DNA from: Phoronis australis
Lineage: Eukaryota; Animalia; Phoronida
DNA length: 64,000 bases
Assembly: GCA_002633005.1 (NCBI GenBank)
Contig: NMRA01000811.1
Location: 62,001 to 126,000 of the forward strand
Reading direction: 5' to 3'
Positions within the stretch are counted from its first letter, which is position 1; each line of letters starts with the position of its first letter. This document shows positions 15,201 through 27,200 of the stretch, piece after piece. The translations under genes were made by a program, and so were the position numbers. The notes below the pieces were generated by a model. It ran no database searches, was not told the origin of the DNA, and saw only the letters and a list, made by a program, of their open reading frames with translations.

Positions 15201-15866
15201 AGGAACAACGCATCAAACTGTTGGGAGACTGTCTGATTGGCTCAGGCTTCCTCAGTTATGTGGGCGCGTTCAGCTGGGAGTTTCGTAACGACATGGTCTA
15301 TTCAGTATGGCTGGATAATGTGCGAGAGCTCAACATACCCATCAGTGACCCGTATAAACTGGAGGATTTATTGACCAATGATGTCGAGTGTAGCAAGTGA
15401 GATTTGTTGACTAGTTTTTGTAGGTGAAATAGCATTATCACTGTCTGATATTGTGGTATTGAGTGCTGCAAGTAGCATTTGTTGAGTAGTTCCTGTTGGT
15501 GAAACGGCGTTATCGTTATCTGATAGTGTGATATTGAGTGCTGCAAGTAGGGTTTGTTGAGTATCTCCTGTTGGTGGAAAGCTTTAGCGCCAACGCTGTT
15601 TAACCACGTCCTGCAACTGGAACTGTACATGAAAAGTGATAGAAACTTGGGAGACTGCATATAGCAAATGGGGAAAGGAATGCATTCCTTGAAACAGTGG
15701 AATGTAGAGCCATATTCTGTCTTGAGGAGTCCTAGTTTCATTGTAAACAAATTGCATGGGTGATTTGTGTATTATTGATGTAACGTTATGGGTTATATCC
15801 CAGTATTTACATCTACAGTCAGTACAGTCGTCATCATTCTCATCATCATCATCATCATTCTCATCG

Positions 15867-15903
<37 letters not shown>

Positions 15904-18186
15904 CGTGGTCATCATTATTGTAACCACCTTGCATTGTGTAAATGTATTTTGTAACTTGATGTTTTCGTCCATTTGACTAATCACCACCTAATTGTCACTC
16001 TTGATCTACCTGCTAGGTGGACGTCAGAGGGCCTACCTCCTGATGAGTTGTCCATCCAGAATGGTATACTGACCACACGAGCTAGTCGGTTCCCCCTTTG
16101 TATTGACCCTCAACAACAGGCTCTCAACTGGATACGCAAAAAAGAGGAACCAAACAACCTGAAGGTAATTTGAGCTTGGACTTAATGAAAGGTCATACAT
16201 GCAGTTACAGCTGGGTCAAATCAAAATTACTGCAAACTAGACTAAATCAAGTTTGTATAGGCAAATATTGTCTCAGAAACAATTGGTGAATTCTACTTGG
16301 TGTTATCATGTACAATTGACCTTTCGCCAGGATTTTGAATGATGGCTTAACTGACCAATCAGAACGCAGCATTCTTGATGCTCCTTCATTTCCAAGCCGC
16401 CATTTTACCTGACAGACTTACGTTGCGGGTAAAACTTATTATTTGTTCGACATATTGCAAGGTGTCGGAGCTTGTGATAGGTCAATTAGGAATCCTAACT
16501 CCACTTACTAAAAAGCTCAACACAAGCTCTGAGGGGGGCACTGTGTGCAGCCTTATGGGTGTAACAGAATTCCTAAAAATATGTTCATTGGTTCATTGAA
16601 ATACCTTTATCACAATCATATTAATTAATTTTTGTTTGCTATCTCTTGTAGATTTGCACGTTTAATGACAGTGACTTTCTGAAACAGCTGGAGTTGGCCA
16701 TCAAGTATGGCTTCCCGTTCCTATTTAAGGATGTAGACGAGTACATTGATCCTGTCATTGATAATGTGTTGGAGAAGAATATCAAAGGTGAGTGCTGATA
16801 GATCTTTGTGTATTGGTGAGAGACCACTGGTCACTGATCAGATGACAAAGTAATGAATTGCTAAAAGTGCGAGGCTCTAATGGACTGTTTATAGCAAAAG
16901 CAGTAAACCATTTCAAGCATTTCGTCTGTGTTAGAGAAATAAACAGAAACATACGAGTTTCGCTTAAATTTGCATTCTGGGAAAGTCCAGTGACTTAAGT
17001 TGCGCTCAAGATGTTGTCTCTCTGTTTTCCTCCTATTTCTATTTAGTAGTAATGACTTCATCTGATTTGGTTTGTTCTCCTTTTCTATATGATGAGTTTA
17101 AAAACCACCATAGTCGCATGTATCGGGGTGGTTTCTTTGATTTCGACCAATCTCAACTTTACCGAATTTTCTATTGTGGAAGTGAAGACGTCAGACTTAG
17201 CGTGGAATTTCTTTCTGGGTTTGTTTGACAAACTAAGCTTGCCTGTTTATTGCATTTTGTGTACCGAAATTTCCAAGTACTTGTCTTTATTGTAAAATGT
17301 GTTACAACTTATGTTCACATTAAATCTGAGTCCTCCGTCTCACTGCAAACAATAACATGAATGTACCAAGCTAGTGTTACTGATATGGCATGTAACCTTA
17401 CGTAACCTGTTTGATGATGAATTTTACATACTTGAGCATGAATCTAATTGTCAAAAGTACAGTTGTTTCCTTTGTGTTAATGGTCTCCTTGTATTTCACC
17501 TTGTGGTTCACTTCAACTTGTCTCGTTTTTTTGTTTCCAGTTGAGGGTAAAGTGACTTGATTGTAAAGTATTGTTACAAGTTATATCGCTTAATCTCTTT
17601 GTTGCTACGGTAACTTGCAACCAATTTGCAATTATTCTAGGCCTTTATTGCAAAATGTTTTAGTTGTTTAGAATTTAACTACCTGCATTGTTTAGTTCTT
17701 TGTTACTTTTATGCATGAAAGACAGTACTCTTTCTCTCCTCCTTTATATGTTTCTTATAATACCTGTGAAGAGCACAGTAATCTGAATCCTGCTTTAGTT
17801 AATTAGACTACCATATGTTAGTCAGGGGCGAATCCAGGATTTTGACCTGTCCAGGAAGTCAGACAATAGGCAAACCTGGGTAATTCTAATTGCACCATTA
17901 CCCCGTCTGGATACGCACCTGTACTTTGCAATTTCTATTTTTTTTCATTTTATTTTATTTTATGCTTTCATGGTACAAACCTTTACACTGCATCTATCTG
18001 CTGCTTTCAAGACAAACTGGACTAACATTGAGGACGAGCGAAGCTTCTGCAGTAGACATAGGATTTATGACCTTGAGAACCATTTTAGTTTGACAATATC
18101 AGTTATTAATTAGACATTTGTCCATTGGCATGTTACCACCAGCTCACACCCACACGTGCACCCACACACTCTCACACACACACACA

Positions 18187-18284
<98 letters not shown>

Positions 18285-21200
18285 CAATTGCTGGTTGAAA
18301 GTAGTGGCTGCTCAGGTTATGCACTACCTGTTTTCCAAACTGTCACCACCACTTAACATTAGGCACATGCTCCCTACATTAGACATTACCACATTTTCCT
18401 TTCATACTCAATCACATATTGTCAGTCCTTCACACACAGAGTCAGACCAATAACTCGGGTTTCCTCCACAGGTGGCCAAGGTCGTGAATTCATCATGCTG
18501 GGGGACAAGGAAGTCGACTACGATCCAAACTTCAGGCTCTACCTCAACACCAAGCTGGCCAACCCCAAGTACACACCCGCCCACTTTGGCAAGTCTATGG
18601 TCATCAACTACACAGTCACACTGAAGGTAAGCCGTGGCCAAGGGGAGAAATGATAACTGTCATCATAGAAATGATCACAAGTCTGGTCTTCACGCCACCT
18701 GTTGGCCACATCACGTAACCTGATGAACAAAACATTTCTGCCCCCACCATGCAAACAATCTAGTCTACTGAGCCATCGGCACCACTGGTTGAACACAGAA
18801 ATCTAATCAGAGATAGCACTGGGCACAGTGTAAACCAGACTTAAAAGTGTTTGTGATTGTGTTCATTAGGTCACTTGATGTGGTCAACAGGTGGCGTGTA
18901 GGCCAGACTTAAAAATGTTTGCAATCTACATTCCCACGCTGGTTCAAGATTTGCATATATCATAGTAATAAATTTTAATCAAAATTACAGTTTTTTATAG
19001 TAGTGGAATAGATTTATTAAAAGATTATGGAATAATAACAAAAAATCCGTTCTTTGCCATTTATTTTAACGTTTGTGATTATGAAACAGTCTTTCCGGAA
19101 GTTTCATCTGCAAGGTCTGTGGGCATTATGACCCCTGGGAAAATATGCGGGAAAGATTGATTGGTGAAGGACAGTAATGGTATGCCTGATATGAGACTGT
19201 GTAAGACTCGATGAACTTGTAACACTAATGATCATATGCAAAGTGATTTAAAAATTTCGTAGAGAACAGTGATCTCTCATTACAAAATACGAAATGTTTC
19301 CTGGAAATTGTTTACTACCTGCAAATCTTAACGTCATACTTCTTTGTGAGCAAGGGTCGTTTCGTTTTTGCTCGAACAGTATGGCCCAAAAATCACCTAT
19401 TGTCGTTTTGTTTTCCTAAGTGTTTAATTTTAAGAACCATCTTCTTCATCATTTTGTGTTTTCTGCAGGGCCTTGAAGATCAGTTGCTCAGTGTCATTGT
19501 CAAGTTTGAGCGTAAAGAGCTGGAGGAGCAGCGAGAGCGCCTCATTCAGGAGACTAGTGACAACAAGAAGCTGTTGAAAGATCTGGAAGACTCCCTTCTG
19601 AGAGAGCTGGCCACATCTACTGGCAACATGTTGGACAACACTGATCTGATCTCAACACTGGAGGAGACCAAAACCAAGGCCACAGAGGTATTTGTTCACT
19701 ACTTAATAAGAAATTTTAAGATAAAATGCTTGCTTCACCTCCTGTAGCAGCAGTCAGTGGCCCTGAACGTGTCTTATTGGTGGCGACTGCAAAGTTTGTG
19801 ATGCTATCTAGTTTGTTAGGCCAGTCTTTACTTATGAGACTCTTGGTTTCAAAGTCTTGGTACAGATATCTTAATATATAATGCAATTTTGTCATGATAG
19901 ACTGTCCCAAGTAGCCTGCTCAGGACAGTCAAAATTCCTGCTCAGCAGACTACATACAATTTCACAGCAGCACATTATTATTTGATGGCGTTAAGCTAAG
20001 AGTTGCTTAATGGATGTTTCTTTTCACTTTCTTGCTCTTTGATGGACTAGCCTACTCAAATCTGTGATAATAGCATGACTTGTCCAGTTCATAGTTCCCA
20101 AAGTCCCATGGTCATTTTGCATTACTGTGCATTTGCTTGGTTGCTACACAGAATTAAAATCTGAACAACGGAATTAGATCAGTGTGCCTCTTGTGTTACA
20201 AGGAGATTGTCAACTCAAATGCTGAGCTATGTTTAGTCTATAACTAATTATACCCATGTGTTTTCTTTACAGGTTGCTGAGAAGCTCAAACTTGGTGCTA
20301 AGACAGCGGCCGACATAGACAAGTTACGTGACGGCTACCGACCAGCGGCCAAGCGTGGAGCCATCTTGTTCTTTGTCCTGTCCGAGATGTCGACCATCAG
20401 CAGCATGTACCAGTACTCGTTGGCTTCCTACCTGGAAGTGTTCCAACTGTCACTCAAGAAGAGCATGCCAGACTCCATTGTACAGAAGCGACTCAAGAAC
20501 CTGATGGACACTCTGACTCATAACGTGTACAACTACGGCTGCACAGGCATCTTTGAGAAGCACAAGTTGCTCTTCTCCTTCCAAATCTGTATCAAGCTGC
20601 AGCAGGACATTGGAAACGTGACGCAGGAGGAGCTTGACTTCTTCATCAAGGTGAGGGCATGGTTGTATAGGCGGCAACGGCAGTCAAATGGGCGTTGTAT
20701 GGGCGGCAGAAAGGGTCAGATGGATTCTTGTTATGGAAATTCATGAGTTTGAGGGATTCGTACTTAAGGTTAGCAATTAATTAAGAACAAGTGTTATTGA
20801 GATAAAATGAATTGAGATTTGGTTGCATGAGTGACAAGTGATATCGAATGGAATTGCAATGAGACATTGTGCATGCTTTTGGGGGCAGTTGAGGTACAAA
20901 AATTCGGATCTGTTTACATGGTGTTTTTTGTAATAGAGAAGGATGGTAGAGTTGTACAGCTGTGTTTGGTTCTAGGGTAACATCGCCCTGGAGAAGAGTA
21001 AGAGAACAAAGCCTTACAAGTGGTTCCCAGACGAGGGTTGGGAAGACTGCATCAGGCTGAACCAAGTGTTGCCAGACAAGTTTTCTTCGTTGTTGGATGA
21101 CATTGAGAAGAATGAGGCCATCTGGCATGAGGTGAGTCCATGTGTGAACATGGTGTAGCAGCAGTCTTTGTTAGCTGTTAATGTAAATATTTTTTATTTA

Positions 21201-24200
21201 TGTATTTTAAGACCACAATTTTTTGTGAAATATGGGTTCCAAAATTGGGGAGTCTTTTGAGGAAACAAGGACCATGTAGTTTATAGGCATTGGTAATCAT
21301 CAGAAATCAAAACTAAATCAAAACCATTTCATTTTCCATTCATAAGAGCAAATTTAATGTACTTGTGTCATGGAACATTATTCTAGTCTGATAGTTTGAA
21401 GGTGTTAAGACAGTATGCTGTTATTGGTAATATCTTGAAAATACACCATTCCAGTCACGTTCAGATTTGTTAAGCGTTGATTTAGAAATCGAGCTGAAAT
21501 GTCCCTTCCGTTTTCCAGTGGTTTGACCATGACAACCCAGAGTCGACCCCGTTCCCCATGAAGTATGAAGAGACCCTCTCCAGTTTCCAACGGCTCATGT
21601 TGCTCAGGTGTTTCCGCGTGGACCGTATCTACCGCGCCATCACCGAGTATGTGACCCAGTGTATGGGGGAGAAGTATGTAACGCCACCTATCATCAGCTT
21701 TGAGAATATCTTTGAGCAGAGCAGCCCCATGTCTCCCATCGTGTTCATCCTCAGCCCTGGCTCCGACCCTGCCAGTGACCTTTCTAAGCTGGCTGAGAGG
21801 AGCGGCTTTGGCACAAACAAACTCAAGTTCTTGTCCATGGGTCAAGGTCAGGAGAAGGTAATATTGTGTGATAGAGTAATGTGTTGGAACAGCTTTTCTG
21901 TGCTAGCTCACTGGATGCAGTGTTTGTCAATTTTCTGTTTAATTATTGCATATAAGAAACACCAGCTTGTGCAATGAATTTATCGCCAAACCTGGCCCTT
22001 ATCTTTTGTTACAGAACTTTTAAGGAATTTGAGCTTAAAACCATGCAGACATATGTATCAAAGATTACATTTTTTACCTAACTTTTACCACTAACTTCAC
22101 AGCATGTCATATTTGAACAACAAAGGGAAGACTTTCTTATGTTTTTAAATCAATAAGCCTCTTGACGTGGGTTTTATTAAATGAATAGGAAATGTGACAG
22201 TCAAGCGATTCTTGAGACATCAGTGGTCATGTGCAGTGTCCAAAATATGGTTTGTGCTTGAGGTTCATTGCACAAGCTGGTCATCTATTATGAGCACGAC
22301 AACTTAGTGTGGAAAGTGATTACTACTGTACAGAATGAGCATGATTTTGTGAGGAAACAGATTATTTTACTAGAAACTGCTTAAGCTGAATGTAGAAAGT
22401 AAGAAATCAATCTCACAAGATATGAAATTCAATGCCGGTCTGATTTTAATCTGCCAAAGCTTAACTGAGATTTTTACTTGAAGTATTACATTAATGAACA
22501 CCTGGATATGTCTATCAATTTTTTGAAGTATCATAGTGGTTGTCGTCAGTGTCCTCATTTTTTGTTCTTTACTTTACTGTATTCCATCATAGCACTTGTC
22601 ATTGGTTCCAGATTGCCCTCCAACTACTGGAGACTGCCATTGCCCGGGGCCAATGGCTGATGCTGCAGAACTGCCATCTGTTGGTGAAGTGGCTGCTTGA
22701 GCTTGAGAAGGAGCTGGAAAAACTGAACAAGCCTCACCCTGACTTCAGGCTCTGGTTGACCACTGACCCCACACCATCATTCCCTATAGGCATCCTACAG
22801 AGGTCATTTAAGGTGAAGTAGCTTTGACTGACCTCTGTCCATGCACTATCCTTCCCTACCGGCATCTTACAGAAGCCACTTAAAAGTGTAGTGACAGAGC
22901 ATGGAAGAGTCCTTTCATTGTGAGATTTCGGTAGTAAAGAAAAGGGTCATCTTTTTATTATCTGAATATTGTTTACCAGCGTGCCTTAGATTATTAATTA
23001 GTTATGCATTAGTATCATCATGTTATTGACATTAAAATGGCTCATACGTCTGATACCTCTTCAAAATCACAGACTGTCTTTTATCATGAATGTTTGATCT
23101 GCAGGTTGTCACAGAACCCCCTAATGGCCTGAAGCTGAACTTGCGCAGCACATACTTCAAGATCAGCGCGCAGATGTTACAAGAGTGCGAGCATGAGGCG
23201 TTCCGCCCTCTGGTGTTCGATCTGGCCTTCTTCCACGCCGTCGTGCAAGAGAGGCGCAAGTATGGCAAGATTGGCTGGAACGTACCGTATGACTTCAACG
23301 AGTCGGACTTCAGAGTCTGCATGCAGATTCTCGGCACTTACCTGACAAAATCGTATGAGCAAGGCGATACCAAGATTCCATGGGGAAGTCTCAAGTACCT
23401 GATTGGAGAGGTAAGGGATTTGTGCGGTTATTCAAGCAGTCCTCGCATTCTATGTAACTGCTCAGAAGCAACTGAAGATATGACGATGTATGTGCTTAGG
23501 TTTTTGAATGCCAGTCAGCGAGTGAAGTAAATCTTCTAGGAATTTTGGCTAAGAGTGTACTCACTGGCATACATCATTTTTGTCTTATCTTTATTTTTTC
23601 TAAATTGAAATCCAGTTTTCATCTAAAATTGAACTTTCAGTAGCGTGTTTTTGGGAATGATAAGAGATATAATTTTGCAGAAGGTGTACTGGAATTTGCA
23701 GCTGTCTGGTGATTAGTGTTGGGGTATTTAGGCAACAGGCAGTTCAGGTTGTATTGATAGTAGTGATTAATTATCTATACATTTTAGGCAAATGTGACTT
23801 TTTGCATGAATGTTATTCAAATTTTTATCAAATTCTTTCCAAACACTTTTCATTAGTACAGTCACTTTGCTCTCGTCCAGGTGATGTACGGAGGTCGTGC
23901 CATTGATGACTTTGACCGTCGCATCCTGCGCACATACATGGATGAATACATGGGAGACTATATCTTTGACACTTTCCAACCTTTCCACTTCTTCCACAAC
24001 GCTGAGGTTGACTACAAGATCCCGGAGGACGGCCCGAGGGATAACTACACTGGTATGGGACTTTGTTAAGATTGATAAATGTATTTATCGTAATCTATTT
24101 TGCCCGCGGTATGTCACGAGCTATTTTGTAGAATAAAACAAGATGAGGACTGCGAATAATGTCATTTATTAGAAATGCAAAATAAACTCTTAAGGGCTGA

Positions 24201-27200
24201 TATAAAAGTAAAATTGTCAAATGTCAAAATAATGACGATAAATGCATTTAACAAGACAGTAAAGTTAAATTTAATATTGCGAGATGAAGATACTATCACT
24301 CAAGATTTTTTCAAAAAAGTTTAATATTTTCTTGTTCATATAAATTTCAATTCTCTAGTACACTAACTGTAACTTATTACTGACTAATAACTAATAATGT
24401 TGTAAGTTGTGTAAATACGAACGTCTGCACGCTCCATTAACACTGGCTGGTTGTATGCAAAATAAAGTCTGCACTCTCCATTAACACTGGCTGGTTGTAT
24501 GCAAAATAGAGGCTGCCTCAGTCTGCTTTTTGTGCCTCAGTCCACGTGGTAATTAAGTTATGCAATAGTATCCATCTCTAAACTTTGAGGAATGTGATTT
24601 TTATAAGAATTAAATGAGTCATTGTTTTGTTTGAATTCACAGTATTTTAAGTGCTTGTTGTTTTCACTTTGTGCTTTTCTCCATTGCTATTGTTGTCTCA
24701 AATTTCCTCTGTATCTTCATAACTTGTCTTTTTTTCTTGTGGATTTTTTTCTAGTTTAAAGTACATATCTGCAGCGACATATGAAAATATTTCTACTTAA
24801 TGTATTTCAGACTACATTGAGTCTCTGCCGCTTGCCAATACACCCGAAGTGTTTGGTCTCCACCCTAACGCTGAGATCGGCTACTACACACAGGCGGCAC
24901 GTGACATGTGGCTGCAGTTAGTGGAGCTACAGCCGCAGACAGGTAATGTACCAGGGTAATAGTAAGGCTGTCAATGACTGGTTGATTACTCACACGGAAA
25001 GTATATATCAAAGGATGAGGATTGGGAGAATTAAAGTGAATTCAGATCGAAGAATATGTCCTTGATATTTGAAACAATTGTGCTATCGTTTGCCATGCGT
25101 GTAATTTATATTTTTTTATGGTCAATGATCATAAAATTCTTGCTCACATGATTAACCATTACTGTATCACACAGTTCACTTACTTATTACGTTGCATTGT
25201 AGTTAATGCAACTTAAGCCGTCTTAACTGTTGTGATGGTTGAAAAACATTGAGTAGTTCTTGTCAATTCCACCAGGTGAAGTCGGCGGTGGTATCAGTCG
25301 TGAGGACTTCATCGACAAGATCGCATCGGACGTTTTGTCCAAACTGCCCGCTGAGTTCGACCTGGATGTGATCCGTAAGAAGTACGGCCTGGAAATCTCG
25401 CCAACTACTGTGGTGCTGCTGCAGGAGCTCGAGAGGTTCAACCGTCTCATCAACCGCATGAAAAGGAGTCTGAGCACGCTGCAGAGGGTAGGCTGGCACT
25501 GATGCTGTTATAGTCACTACACAACTAAGAATTCACTCGTTGACCAATCATCATTGGTCTTGTAATGTAATGAGCAGGGTCAGACAAGGCCTGGTTGTAA
25601 CGCGGTAATCTCCAGATGTGACTGTGCCACAAGGGCCAGTTCACATCGTGGGCCCTCATGAAAGACGAGTGTTTGGGTCTACCCCAATTGAGATAGCAGT
25701 GATTCTTGTATAAAAGGCCCCTTGTCTTACTCTCCTGTCCTTCTCTTAATGCAATTCACATCATGTTGGACTAACTTATTATTTTTACTATTACTTACAT
25801 TTGCAGGCGTTGGCCGGTGAGGTGGGTATGAGTAATGAGTTGGATGATGTGGCTCGTTCTCTCTTCAATGGCATGATTCCCTCCATCTGGCGTCGACTCG
25901 CTCCTGCCACGCTCAAGTCACTCGGCAACTGGATGATTCACTTTCAGGCCAGGTTCCAGCAATACAACACATGGGTAGGTGGAGCTTAGGTGTACATGGG
26001 AGATAATGTAATGGGTAGGTGGAGGTTAGGTGTACATGGGAGATAGCGTGGGTAGGTGGAGGTTAGGTGTACATGGGAGATAATGTAGGTAGGTGGAGGT
26101 GAGATGTACATGGGAGATAATGTACTGGGTAGGTGGAGGTTAGATGTACATGGGAGATAATGTGGGTAGGTGGAGGTTAGATGTACATGGGAGATAATGT
26201 GGGTAAGTGGAGGTTAGATGTACATGGGAGATAATGTAGGTAGGTGGAGGTGAGATGTACATGGGAGATATCGTAGGTAGGTGGAGGTTAGATTTACATG
26301 GGAGATAACGTGGGTAGGTGGAGGTTAGATGTACATGGGAGATAATGTGGGTAGGTGGAGGTTAGATGTACATGGGAGATAATGTGGAAGTTAAAAGTCC
26401 AAGATTAAATGAAAGGTAAACATTTCTGTTTGTCAGGATCGCTAAACAAATTCATTCTGTCAATCAATCGATCAGTTCCTGTGAGAGATATCTTGCGAGG
26501 TGGCATGTAAATGAATTATGGTGGTTAGTTACATTGAAAATACTGGGGAATTATCGTGATTGATACCATGTTGTAGTCTAGGAAGTGCCCCTGAATGTAC
26601 TATGGAAGATACCATGGGAATAGCATTCAGTTTCTGTGTCTGCTGAAGACAACATTTTGTATCTTAGTTGTGCAACATCCAATTATTACTTCATGTCTGA
26701 GTGTTTAGTTGTATGTTTGAAACTGATCGGTTGTATGACTATACCAAATTCTGGTACCGGCTACCAAACCTAAAATATTCATGTTAGAGAAAAGAGGTTT
26801 ATATCTCTTGGCATCAGTTATGAACACATGTTTAATTTGATGATAGTGGTGCGAGATATATTACACCTGCATTATATCTTGTTAGGTTAATCTCAAAGAT
26901 GAGATACAGATGAAGGTAAAATGAAATTACATTTGTATACCTTGCTTTGTGTTAAGTTTATGTTATGTTATCTTAATTTCCTAGAACCTTGCTTCAACAC
27001 ACGGGGTAGCTGTCAGCTAGTTGTATGAATACTCATTGGCTCGGTATTTAGCAGACAGCTTCTTTGTGTTGGGAAGTTTATGTGAATTTTCATTGGTGGT
27101 TGACTGCTGATCAGAAAAATTGAATTTTCAATGGTCATCTTTTTCAACTGAAAAGAAATTTGTAGAGAACTATGTTTACGTAACTTGTTAACCTGTTTGG

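Noticed and set aside
15584-15987. Poly-D, poly-I and poly-M ORFs
   Set aside because: Translations of the (CAT)n microsatellite in an intron
18118-18453. HT-repeat ORFs
   Set aside because: Translation of the (CA)n microsatellite
2235-25517. Many minus-strand ORFs overlapping dynein exons
   Set aside because: Antisense shadows of codon-biased exons with no independent coding signature
25969-26390. CRISPR-like array (also 37461-37640 and 1088-1212)
   Set aside because: Head-to-tail repeats without unique spacers, in a eukaryotic locus with no cas genes
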